Assembly: GCA_037130655.1 (NCBI GenBank)
Contig: JBAXSP010000003.1
Coordinates: 4,684-68,683 of the forward strand
Length of the DNA stretch: 64,000 bases
Origin: a bacterium
GTDB lineage: Bacteria > Patescibacteriota > Minisyncoccia > Phycocordibacterales > UBA9973
Reading direction: 5' to 3'
This document shows, piece by piece, positions 1 through 8,799 of the stretch (the first letter of the stretch is position 1; each line of letters starts with the position of its first letter). A program made the translations under genes and the position numbers. The notes under the pieces are model-generated. The model was not told the DNA's origin and ran no database searches. It saw only the letters and a program-made list of their open reading frames with translations.

Positions 1-1
1 T

Positions 2-487
2 TTCGATTCAAATGTACCGAATGCAAATATTGGTGCCCGTCAAGACTTTATTAAGTCTGGTAAGAAATACACAGGTACTACTTTTAAAACATCTAATAGT
101 TTAATCGTAGATAAAAATTTTATTAATGATGATAGTAATTTTACCAATACAGACACACTTGGTCTTGATTGGCGTTTTACACACGGTATAGGGCTTACAC
201 AGGTTACTTGTCAGCCCAAAACTACTGATTGGAACCAGAAGGATCAATTACCGAATTGTACATTTGCGGGTACTTCATATACACCCAAAGAATTATTGAA
301 ACCAGAAAAAAATCTTGAGGCAGGTGGTCGTTTGTGGGCATATTATTACAAAGCTTGTAATAAAGATGTTTTTAAGACATGGAAAGCATATGCCTCTGGT
401 TCGTGTGAATCACCAAATAAATTTGCTGTTGAAGAAGCTACTGTTAGAACGGATTTATATAACCAATGTATAAAAGAAGGTTTTTAA
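2..487 (+). CDS. 3' portion of a hypothetical Cys-containing secreted/surface protein (gene begins upstream of window)
   Basis: frame 2 open from window edge to TAA 485-487; no recognisable family. Confidence 0.4.
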   Translation, partial: FDSNVPNANIGARQDFIKSGKKYTGTTFKTSNSLIVDKNFINDDSNFTNTDTLGLDWRFTHGIGLTQVTCQPKTTDWNQKDQLPNCTFAGTSYTPKELLKPEKNLEAGGRLWAYYYKACNKDVFKTWKAYASGSCESPNKFAVEEATVRTDLYNQCIKEGF

Positions 488-497
488 TTAATACATT

Positions 498-1802
498 ATG
501 CTTAGAAAAATACTTCGATTATTAATACTGCTCGCATTGATTGGTGCTTTGGTGCTCGGTATTTATTATTTCACTTCGACTCGTAATCAACCAACAATTC
601 CTGGTGAACAAAAGAAAAGTTTTTCTTTCAAAGATTTTTTGCCATTTGGTACAAAAAAGACAACTACAACAGAAGACACAAACGGTTCTATTGAAATACC
701 AACAGATTTAGCTGCGCCGGTTGTTGAAGCACCTAAAAAGATGTACCGTCTTTCAAATAGAAAGGTGGTTGCTATTGTTCCATACCAAAGAGAGCGAATG
801 ATTGATATACCTGTTGCGACTTCGACAACAAAGACCAAGATGCCACAACCAACCAAAGAAATCACCTATGATTATGGGGTGCGGTTTTTGGAAAAAACTT
901 CAGGACTTATTTATGAAATGATGAATGCGGTACCTGGTGTTGAAAAAAGAATTTCAGACAGTGTGACCCCAACGCTTGGGGAAGGAATGATTGGTAATGA
1001 TGGTAATTCTTTGATTTCTCGGTTTTTGCGACCAGAAGACGATGCGACAATCGATACCTTTGTTGGAAATGTTATCGGTATGAGTACTCCTGCAAAAATC
1101 ATCGGTTCATTCTTGCCGAGAAATGTTGTTTCGATTAGTGTATCGCCTGATGGTAGCAAATACTTCTATCTGTATCCAATAAACGGGGGAGCTACTGGAG
1201 TAGTATCAAATTTTGTTGGAGGAAACAAGGCTACCATATTTACTTCACCGTTTACTGAGTGGGCAACTTCTTGGACAAATCAGCAGTTTATTACGGTATA
1301 TCCAAAACCGTCAGGTTTAGTTAAGAATTATGTCTATCGTGTAGATGCAAGTACTGGGGAAATGAAAAAACTTGTTGGTGGATTACCAGGACTTAGTGCA
1401 ATCATGTCACCCGATGGAACAATGGTTGCGTACTCTCATGCAAAAAACAATAGCATGGCATTGACCATCTACTCACCGGATCAAATGAAAGGAAAAGAAA
1501 CAGGATTGCAAACACTTTCAGATAAATGTGTATTTTCTCCTGATGGAAGATATCTCTATTGTGCTGTACCAAATACTGTTTCTGGTGCAACGTATCCAGA
1601 CACTTGGTATAAAGGTGAAGTTTCATTTGAGGATTCTTTTTGGAAGCTCGATGTTGCAAACCAAGCATATTATTTGATTGTTGATACAACAGAAACAGGT
1701 GACAGTGTTGATGCGACAAATCTTCAGATATCAAAAGACGGATCACTCTTGTATTTCATTAATAAAAAAGATGATACGCCGTGGGTGGTGGAGACAAGGT
1801 AA
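498..1802 (+). CDS. membrane-anchored TolB-like beta-propeller protein (PD40/WD40-like repeats)
   Basis: N-terminal TM helix LLILLALIGALVLGIYYF; recurring propeller motifs VSPDGSKYFY, MSPDGTMVAY, FSPDGRYLYC, ISKDGSLLYF. Confidence 0.5.
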   Translation: MLRKILRLLILLALIGALVLGIYYFTSTRNQPTIPGEQKKSFSFKDFLPFGTKKTTTTEDTNGSIEIPTDLAAPVVEAPKKMYRLSNRKVVAIVPYQRERMIDIPVATSTTKTKMPQPTKEITYDYGVRFLEKTSGLIYEMMNAVPGVEKRISDSVTPTLGEGMIGNDGNSLISRFLRPEDDATIDTFVGNVIGMSTPAKIIGSFLPRNVVSISVSPDGSKYFYLYPINGGATGVVSNFVGGNKATIFTSPFTEWATSWTNQQFITVYPKPSGLVKNYVYRVDASTGEMKKLVGGLPGLSAIMSPDGTMVAYSHAKNNSMALTIYSPDQMKGKETGLQTLSDKCVFSPDGRYLYCAVPNTVSGATYPDTWYKGEVSFEDSFWKLDVANQAYYLIVDTTETGDSVDATNLQISKDGSLLYFINKKDDTPWVVETR

Positions 1803-1806
1803 TGTC

Positions 1807-1943
1807 TAGTGACCAGTGACTAATGACTAATAAAACGAAATTTCTTTGTAAATTTCGTTTTATTTTTTATCAAATAAAATTTGATATTTAAATACTAAAA
1901 AGTCAACATTTTTCTGGTCATTGGTCATTGGTCATTGGTCATT
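1807..1943. repeat. palindromic element copy a: left array TGACCAG-TGACTAA-TGACTAA, terminator hairpin, AT-rich spacer, right array of 4 perfect tandem GGTCATT units (1916-1943)
   Basis: read directly; one of 4 related copies in the window (2690-2793, 40528-40561, 62834-62945). Confidence 0.7.
1833..1868 (+). terminator. rho-independent terminator after the 498-1802 gene
   Basis: stem AAACGAAATTT / AAATTTCGTTT, loop CTTTGT, followed by TATTTTTTAT. Confidence 0.7.
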
Positions 1944-1952
1944 ATTTTTGCT

Positions 1953-2705
1953 ATGATTTATCCTATGTTACACACATTTTGGATTACATTTATACATACA
2001 CCACTACACAATATATTGGCAGTTTTACTCGGAACCATTTCTTTTGGCGATCTTGGAGTTGCTATTATTCTTTTGACCGTGTTGGTCAAACTTGCACTGC
2101 TTCCGTTGGCTAAAAAATCTATCATCAGTCAGTTGAAGATGAAAAAACTTGAGCCAAAGCTCAAAGAAATTAAAACACTCTATCCAGACAAGGCGATTCA
2201 AGCGCAAAAAACAATGGAGGTATACAAAACAGAAGGAGTCAATCCTTTTTCTGGATTTCTTCTTGTGTTGATACAGCTTCCGATTTTGATAGCACTCTTT
2301 AGTCTCTTTAGAAAAGGAGTTTCTTTTGCTCCTGAATCACTATATTCATTCGTCCATGCACCGGCACATATTTCAATGAAATTTCTAGGTTTGATTGATC
2401 TTGCGAAACCAAGTATTGCACTCGCTGTGTTTGTTGGAATCACTCAATATTATTTGGCGATTTTGACTATTGGTAAAAATAGCAAACAAACAGCCGTTGC
2501 GACTGAAAACAGTAAACCGTCATTTCAGGATGAAATGGCAAAGAGTATGAATATGCAAATGCGGTATGTCATGCCAGTAATGATGGCATTCTTTGCCTAT
2601 GTTGGAACAGGTATTGTTGCACTCTATTTCCTCACCAGTAACATCATGACGTACATACAAGAATATATTATTCGTAAGAAACACAACATAATTACTAATG
2701 ACTAA
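1953..2705 (+). CDS. yidC: membrane protein insertase YidC/Oxa1 (short monoderm-type form)
   Basis: ORF-track start at 1935 is TTG; first ATG at 1953. Conserved LLPLAKKSIISQLKMKKLEPKLKEIKTLYPDK...MEVYKTEGVNPFSGFLLVLIQLPILIALF core. Last codons ITND plus stop lie inside palindromic element b. Confidence 0.85.
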   Translation: MIYPMLHTFWITFIHTPLHNILAVLLGTISFGDLGVAIILLTVLVKLALLPLAKKSIISQLKMKKLEPKLKEIKTLYPDKAIQAQKTMEVYKTEGVNPFSGFLLVLIQLPILIALFSLFRKGVSFAPESLYSFVHAPAHISMKFLGLIDLAKPSIALAVFVGITQYYLAILTIGKNSKQTAVATENSKPSFQDEMAKSMNMQMRYVMPVMMAFFAYVGTGIVALYFLTSNIMTYIQEYIIRKKHNIITND

Positions 2706-2793
2706 TTACCAATGACCAATTGTTCGAAAAAAAACGGAACCCAGTGGGTTCCGTTTTAATTAGTCATTCGTAACTGGTCATTGGTCATTACTG
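2690..2793. repeat. palindromic element copy b: heptamer arrays (..TGACTAA TTACCAA TGACCAA.. / ..TTAGTCA..CTGGTCA TTGGTCA..) flanking a bidirectional terminator
   Basis: read directly; the arms encode the C-terminal residues of both yidC (ITND*) and rnpA (VMTNDQLRMTN*). Confidence 0.7.
2731..2757. terminator. bidirectional terminator between convergent yidC and rnpA
   Basis: AAAACGGAACCC agt GGGTTCCGTTTT with A/T tracts on both sides. Confidence 0.75.
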
Positions 2794-3091
2794 TATCAAA
2801 TTCTTTTTGATACAGTTGTTTCGGTTCGTTTTTGTTTACAAATATAAAATAGTACCCAGTAGGGAATGAGTCTTTTTTCTCACGAAGGATGTTGTAGATA
2901 CTTCGTTTGATCGCATGTCTATCTACTGATTTTTTGGCAACCTTCTTTGATACAATTACAGAAAAACGGCGAGAGGTGCCGTCTTTTGTAAAGTGTGCCC
3001 GTAATATGAATGAATTACTTGGGAACGCTTTGGTCTTCTTGCTATAGGTATCAAAAAGGGCTTTTGGAATTCGCTCTTTTTTTGAAAGCAT
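2756..3091 (-). CDS. rnpA: ribonuclease P protein component
   Basis: 111 aa, basic; RnpA-like ...FPSNSFILRAHFTKDGTSRRFSVIVSKKVAKKSVDRHAIKRSIYNILRE; immediately downstream of rpmH. Confidence 0.8.
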   Translation of the reverse strand: MLSKKERIPKALFDTYSKKTKAFPSNSFILRAHFTKDGTSRRFSVIVSKKVAKKSVDRHAIKRSIYNILREKKDSFPTGYYFIFVNKNEPKQLYQKEFDTVMTNDQLRMTN

Positions 3092-3100
3092 AGGAGGAGA

Positions 3101-3250
3101 TTATTTTTGCTTTGTTACAACGGCCAATTTTGCACGTCCTTTTTGTCGGCGTCGAGCAAGTACGTTTTTACCAGTACTAGAAGCTGATCTTACAAGAAAA
3201 CCGTGAGTTTTTGCGCGTTTTCGCTTTTTTGGTTGATAGGTCTGTGACAT
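3101..3250 (-). CDS. rpmH: 50S ribosomal protein L34 (49 aa; below the ORF-track size cutoff)
   Basis: reverse-strand translation [49 protein letters not shown] is canonical L34; ATG at 3250-3248, TAA at 3103-3101. Confidence 0.85.
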   Translation of the reverse strand: MSQTYQPKKRKRAKTHGFLVRSASSTGKNVLARRRQKGRAKLAVVTKQK

Positions 3251-3536
3251 ATGGGAATAATATACACTATTAAGGCTGAATAGACAAGACTTTGCCTTTG
3301 TTTATAAAAGAGTGCCTGTTTCCACAAAAAATAAGGTAAAGCACCGTTCTTTGCTCTATTGAAATGATATACTATATCTATGCAAGATTTTAATAATCAT
3401 TCTTTTCCTAAAAAAGAACTTTCTCATCGACTGTATATCAACAAAAAGAAATTTTTTCTGCGTACATCTCTGTTACTTGTCATACTTTTGATACTTGCAA
3501 TGAATGCCTTTTTAAAAAATCACCAATAATATTGTT

Positions 3537-6500
3537 ATGAATATCTTTAAGAAAATTATAGTAATCGCAACACTTTTTATTTCAGGGCTTTTTTTGATAC
3601 CAACAATTTCACAAGCGGGAATTGGTAACAATATATTTGGTAATGCCTGGAGTGACAATATTGGCTGGATTAGTTTCAATAACTGTACCAAACCAGACAC
3701 TAGTACTTGCAGTGGTTATGACTACGGAGCAAATTATGTTGGCAGTGTATGGAGTGGGTATGCCTGGAGTGATAATATTGGCTGGATCAGTTTCAATCCA
3801 AGTGATTGGGGTGCTTGTCCGCCAAGTGGTTCTTGTTCGTCGTATGCTTCATACAATAACTCTACGGCAAATACATGGGTATGGGGTAGAGCACTAAATG
3901 GTATTGGTAGTTTAGATACAGAAACTGGTGGAGACTACTACGACGGCTGGATTGCTATTTATGGAAATGATGGGAACGGTAATAGTTTTGGTCCGACAGT
4001 AAGTAATCCATATACTGCAAACTCAGGTTCACTGAGTGGATTTTATGTAAGAGATATCAAATATTCATCTGTTTCAGGTGGGCGTATAGCTGGTTCTGGA
4101 TATGCATGGGGAGGTGCCGTCATTGGTTGGATTGACTTAGCAATAGATAAATTTGGTAATACCACTGAGCTATATGCATTTGTGCCTAAGTTAATGTTAA
4201 CCGCGTCACCGCAATCTGTTTCTTCAGGAAACACCAGCACCACACTTTCTTGGTCATCACCGGATGGTACAACGTATTCATCGTGTGTCGGTCTTGGTGG
4301 TGGAAGTGATTGGAATAACACAACTCAAAGCGCAATTACTTCAGGAAACCCAACTCGAACAAAAACGAATGTGAGTGTACCAAATAGTCCAACAGTGTTT
4401 AAAATTACTTGTACTACTTCTACTGGTGTAACAGCAACTGCTGAAACAAGTGTGACTATCAATAATTGTGTAAGTGGAAATTGTCAAAACAGTATTCATC
4501 TTGATGCAAATCCAACTGTTGTGAATAGTGGAGGCACAACAAAACTTTCTTGGTACTCACCAACAAATACGGCATTTACTGGTAGTTGTACTGCTTCAGG
4601 TGGAGGCACTGATTGGAATGGAACACAATCACAACCAACAACAACTAATCCGACTCGTTCAAAATCAAGTGTGAGTGTGCCGACTAGTCCGAAAACAACT
4701 TTCAAAATTACTTGTCCGATTGCCAACGGAGGAACGGTTTCAAATACTGTTGATGTGTATGTGAACTCTTCTTCTTCAAACTTGAGTATTGTTTCTGATC
4801 CTCTTATTTCACCTGTCGGCGGCAAGATCAAATTGACTTATAGTTCACCTTCAAGTACTGCATATACTTCTTGTACAAGTATTGGTGGTGGAAGTGACTG
4901 GGATAATATAACTCAAACAGCACTTAGTGCTGGAAATAGTTACACCAAAGCAGTGAGTAATATTGTCGTACCGCAACCAAATCCTCCAGTAGGTTTTGTG
5001 ATGTACGGCATTCAATGTCAAACATCATCAGGTATCATTGACACTGCATTTACTCCGGTATATATCACGAGCACTCCATCAACACTATTACTGACAGCAA
5101 GTCCAACAACAGTACCTTCAGGAAGTACAACCAATTTGTATTGGTATTCACCAAATGCAACTAATTTTACGAGTTGTACTGCGGGAGGCGGGGGAACTGA
5201 TTGGAATGGGCAAACATTGTCTGTACCAACAACAACGACACCAAACCCAGCAATGTACGGTGTTTCTGTTCCAAATGCAAAAACAATATATACCATTAGT
5301 TGTATCGACACAGCAGGTACGACACAGACTGCTGCTGCAATGGTCACGCAAGGAACAACAAAACTAACGCTTACCGCAAATCCAACTAGTGTTTCTTCTG
5401 GTGGAACAACAGCACTTACATGGTCTGCTGCTTCAGGAACAGCTTACTCAGACTGTGTCGGTAGTGGAGGAGATTCAAACTGGAACAAGAGTCAGGGAAT
5501 ATTATCAGGAGGTACACAAAAATCTCTCTCTTCAGTTGGTGTGCCAACCTATCCAAAAACTACCTACTTTTTGACTTGTACAATCAGCGGTACATCAAAT
5601 ACCGAAGTTGCTAGTGCAGAGGTGACAATCACTCATACATTGAAAGTAAATATGAGTGCAAGTCCTGTTGCTGTGTTGTCAGGTAATTCGTCTACAATTA
5701 CTTGGAGTGTTGATAATGCAACTGCGTCAACTTCTTGTAGTGCTGGTACACCAAGTGGATGGACTAGTAGTACAAGTGTTACAGGTAGTCAGCAAGTAAA
5801 CAATATTACAACTGACAAAACATACAATCTTAATTGTTCAGATTCATACACTGGTGCAATGGCTTCTGGTTCTATAACGGTGGGAGTGTTATCGATTGAT
5901 AGTTTTTCAAAGTCAGGAACTTGTATCAATCAAGGTGTTGATGCTCGTTTGAATTGGACTGCAACAAATGCAACATCATGTACTGTTCGTTACTACAGTG
6001 GTGGATATACTGGTGGGGGTGGAGGTTTTGGTGTGGCGCAAACACCAGATAAAACATTTACTGCTTCTTCAACTGAAGCAAACTATGTAACGACCGGTGC
6101 TAGTACTGGAGACTTCACACTGACCTGTTCAAATGGATCAATCAATACAACTGAAAGCGAAACTTATATGGTTAGTGTCACACAATGTGCACCGAAGTTT
6201 TCAGTTTCATCTCTGACCACTTGTGCTTCAAGTACTGCACAGAGTTTTTATCAGGCAAGTCCTCCAAACGGAAACTATAAAGCCACAACAACGTTTGTTG
6301 CAGTACCTTCAAACGGATTTAATAGCACAATCAATCTTTCTATTCCTTCAAATGGTTACGGTGGAATTCCTTCATCTGCGCTGTCTTGGACATCATCAAG
6401 TGTTTCTTTGGTAAATGGTTCATACAAAAAGAACTTATCAATTAACTTAACAAAAACCCAATATAATACTTGGATTAATTCAGTCACCAATAAATACAAC

Positions 6501-6617
6501 ACCATCAAAATTCAAGGAACTGGAACACAGTCAGGCACAACAACAACACAAACTGGTTCGTATGGAATTTGTGGGCCAGGAGGAAGTTCACCGGTACCAG
6601 TTTTCAGACCCATCTAA
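3537..6617 (+). CDS. large secreted repeat protein: signal peptide, 3x G(Y/W)AWxxNxGWIxF repeats, then about 7 Cys-pair repeats of ~95-100 aa (Ig-like?)
   Basis: 1026-aa ORF; N-terminal hydrophobic segment ending SQA; repeat motifs read directly (see findings). Confidence 0.6.
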   Translation: MNIFKKIIVIATLFISGLFLIPTISQAGIGNNIFGNAWSDNIGWISFNNCTKPDTSTCSGYDYGANYVGSVWSGYAWSDNIGWISFNPSDWGACPPSGSCSSYASYNNSTANTWVWGRALNGIGSLDTETGGDYYDGWIAIYGNDGNGNSFGPTVSNPYTANSGSLSGFYVRDIKYSSVSGGRIAGSGYAWGGAVIGWIDLAIDKFGNTTELYAFVPKLMLTASPQSVSSGNTSTTLSWSSPDGTTYSSCVGLGGGSDWNNTTQSAITSGNPTRTKTNVSVPNSPTVFKITCTTSTGVTATAETSVTINNCVSGNCQNSIHLDANPTVVNSGGTTKLSWYSPTNTAFTGSCTASGGGTDWNGTQSQPTTTNPTRSKSSVSVPTSPKTTFKITCPIANGGTVSNTVDVYVNSSSSNLSIVSDPLISPVGGKIKLTYSSPSSTAYTSCTSIGGGSDWDNITQTALSAGNSYTKAVSNIVVPQPNPPVGFVMYGIQCQTSSGIIDTAFTPVYITSTPSTLLLTASPTTVPSGSTTNLYWYSPNATNFTSCTAGGGGTDWNGQTLSVPTTTTPNPAMYGVSVPNAKTIYTISCIDTAGTTQTAAAMVTQGTTKLTLTANPTSVSSGGTTALTWSAASGTAYSDCVGSGGDSNWNKSQGILSGGTQKSLSSVGVPTYPKTTYFLTCTISGTSNTEVASAEVTITHTLKVNMSASPVAVLSGNSSTITWSVDNATASTSCSAGTPSGWTSSTSVTGSQQVNNITTDKTYNLNCSDSYTGAMASGSITVGVLSIDSFSKSGTCINQGVDARLNWTATNATSCTVRYYSGGYTGGGGGFGVAQTPDKTFTASSTEANYVTTGASTGDFTLTCSNGSINTTESETYMVSVTQCAPKFSVSSLTTCASSTAQSFYQASPPNGNYKATTTFVAVPSNGFNSTINLSIPSNGYGGIPSSALSWTSSSVSLVNGSYKKNLSINLTKTQYNTWINSVTNKYNTIKIQGTGTQSGTTTTQTGSYGICGPGGSSPVPVFRPI

Positions 6618-6652
6618 TTGTTTGTGTCGATTAAAAAGTATAAAATAAGCAT

Positions 6653-6997
6653 ATGAAAACAGTATCTCTCCAAAAAATAAAACTACTCTCTTTAGGAATT
6701 ATCGTCGCATTATTTGCAAACCTGTTGTTTGCATGGAATGGCCCAGCAGGGAATCCGATTGCCAATAATCTATCCGCACCAATTACAACAAGTGCTGTTG
6801 CACAGGCAAAAGGAAAAACAACTGCAACAAACGCAAGTACAACACTTGATGTTGACGGAGTGCTCGCTGGTAATGCGCTTGGTATCAACGGAGATGTAAC
6901 AATTGGTGGAGAGTTTGTGTTGAGTAAAATAGCAAGCAGTGGAAGTGCAGAGCGAGATATTTGTGTCGACTTAGCAGGGAAAATTATTATTTGTTAA
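6653..6997 (+). CDS. small membrane-anchored protein, AWNGP-leader family, C-terminal CVDLAGKIIIC loop
   Basis: 114 aa; TM helix then AWNGPAGN...; paralogous to the N-terminus of the next gene. Confidence 0.5.
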   Translation: MKTVSLQKIKLLSLGIIVALFANLLFAWNGPAGNPIANNLSAPITTSAVAQAKGKTTATNASTTLDVDGVLAGNALGINGDVTIGGEFVLSKIASSGSAERDICVDLAGKIIIC

Positions 6998-7008
6998 TCA
7001 AACAAAGT

Positions 7009-8385
7009 ATGTCAGAACAATTCAAACAACAATCAAAAGCATTTTTATTAGGATTTATCATCATCATTGGTGTTTCTGTTGTATCTGCATGGAATGGTCC
7101 AGCAAGTACTGCGCTTACTTCAAACACAGCTAGTCCTATTGATGTCAGCGCAACACCACAAGGAAAAGGTAAAACACCGACCTCAGGAACATTACTTGAT
7201 ATCGGTGGAATTTTGGCATCAAACGCACTTGCTGTTTGGGGTGATGCAACTATTCAAGGTGATGTAACGCTCGGTAAACAAGCAACATCAACCTCTGCGA
7301 CCAATCGACGTCTCTGTGTTGATTCAACAGGAAAAATTATTCTTTGTGGTCAACAAAATTTTGCATATACAACACCAGGAAGTTATACCTTCACGGTACC
7401 TTCAGGGGTCAATAGTATTGTTGTTGAACTATATGGTGGCGGAGGTGCTGGGTTTAGTGATTTTTATACCGTTAGTGGTAGCGGTCAAGGAAAAAATGAA
7501 GATGGTGGCGCAACAAGCTTTGTTCATTCATCAGATTCATCAAAAGCAAATTTGATTGCTTATGGTGGTAAGACTCCAACATCAGCAACTACTGGTGGAA
7601 ATGGTGGATCATATTCAACTACTGGTTCACAAGTTGTCTCAGCTGGAACAACAAATTCATCTGGGCCAAGTGGTGACTCTCCAACTACCGCAGCCTCACA
7701 ATCTTTTTTGTGTAAAGTAGCAAACGGCACTTATGCTGGTTGGGAATTATGGCTTGGAAGCGCTGGTTCTAATGGAGCAAATGGAGGTGGTACGGGTAGT
7801 GGTACTGGTGGTACTAGTGGTAGTGTTATAACAAAAGATACATCAAACAATACACTCAATTCTTCATCTTGTGGAAGTACTACAATTGTTAACAACTTGA
7901 TTAGTATGGCGTCTAGTGGTTTTGGAAACACTTCAAACGGTAATACTTTTAAAATTTTTACTAACTCAAATAGATATCCATCAAGCAATGCTTCTGACGG
8001 ATCTGGTCCTGGTTCTGGTGGCGGAGGTGCTGGTGCTATTGCTGGTTTTGGTGCTTTTGATAGCTATAGTAATGGTCCGAGTATGACTGCGTATAGTAAT
8101 GGGGTAAATGGTCTTTGTAATGACGATAATGGTTCTGGTGCCTATAACAAAGCTCTTTGTGGAGGACAAAGAGGTAAACCAGGAGGAGGTGCTGGTGGGT
8201 ATATCAAAGCAAAACTTTCTGTTACTCCAGGTGATTCGTATACGATGACTGTTGGTGCTGGTGGTAAATCAAACGCATACGGTACATACTGGATTGGTTC
8301 TTATGCTGGTAATGGAAGTCCTATCTATACAGGAGTTTATTCAGGAAAAGGTGCACCAGGAGCTATTAATATTACGTACAACTAA
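7009..8385 (+). CDS. AWNGP-leader family protein with long Gly/Ser/Thr-rich C-terminal extension
   Basis: ORF-track start 6961 is TTG overlapping upstream gene; first ATG at 7009. N-terminal ~120 aa align to the 6653 protein (AWNGPAS...GKGKT...CVDSTGKIILCG). Confidence 0.5.
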   Translation: MSEQFKQQSKAFLLGFIIIIGVSVVSAWNGPASTALTSNTASPIDVSATPQGKGKTPTSGTLLDIGGILASNALAVWGDATIQGDVTLGKQATSTSATNRRLCVDSTGKIILCGQQNFAYTTPGSYTFTVPSGVNSIVVELYGGGGAGFSDFYTVSGSGQGKNEDGGATSFVHSSDSSKANLIAYGGKTPTSATTGGNGGSYSTTGSQVVSAGTTNSSGPSGDSPTTAASQSFLCKVANGTYAGWELWLGSAGSNGANGGGTGSGTGGTSGSVITKDTSNNTLNSSSCGSTTIVNNLISMASSGFGNTSNGNTFKIFTNSNRYPSSNASDGSGPGSGGGGAGAIAGFGAFDSYSNGPSMTAYSNGVNGLCNDDNGSGAYNKALCGGQRGKPGGGAGGYIKAKLSVTPGDSYTMTVGAGGKSNAYGTYWIGSYAGNGSPIYTGVYSGKGAPGAINITYN

Positions 8386-8386
8386 T

Positions 8387-8716
8387 ATGGAAAACTCAAA
8401 TACAGAACAATCTCCTGTGGAGGAAATAGTGCAAACACCAACACCGATACAAAACACTGCTCATCACGGTCCAAAAAAAATAACCTTTTGGATTGCAATA
8501 CTTGTGTTGGTTGCTGTCGGAAGTTTCCTTTTTGTAAAATACTATATTCCAATATATAAAATTCATCAAAAAGAAAAAGTAATTGAATCACTTAAAGAAG
8601 AAGGAGTCTATCAAACAGAAGAACAGAAGAAAGAAGTAATAAAAAACTTAAATAGCAGTCCTGTGTTGAATGAAAATGATTGGAGTAAGGTAATACAACA
8701 GCTAAATAAAAAATAA
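8387..8716 (+). CDS. small bitopic membrane protein, hypothetical
   Basis: ATG at 8387, just after the previous stop; TM ITFWIAILVLVAVGSFLFV; charged C-terminus. Confidence 0.4.
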   Translation: MENSNTEQSPVEEIVQTPTPIQNTAHHGPKKITFWIAILVLVAVGSFLFVKYYIPIYKIHQKEKVIESLKEEGVYQTEEQKKEVIKNLNSSPVLNENDWSKVIQQLNKK

Positions 8717-8722
8717 GTATAA

Positions 8723-8756
8723 AAATAAACAACCACGAAGGTTGTTTATTTTTTTA
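8723..8756 (+). terminator. rho-independent terminator
   Basis: AAATAAACAACC acgaa GGTTGTTTATTTTTTT. Confidence 0.7.
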
Positions 8757-8799
8757 TATACTATTCTCTAACGTTAATGCGTATGCGATAATAGTACAT

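Noticed and set aside
1928-2113. ORF-track entries starting at 1928/1935 inside the GGTCATT heptamer array (MVIGHYF...)
   Set aside because: Their starts are TTG codons created by the tandem repeat; yidC more plausibly begins at the ATG at 1953. The 1928 ORF is out of frame with yidC.
3251-3536. Replication origin next to rpmH
   Set aside because: dnaA is not adjacent. Only a degenerate TTTCCACAA-type box is in the spacer. The single perfect TTATCCACA is 60 kb away (63123). There is no box cluster or obvious AT-rich unwinding-element arrangement.
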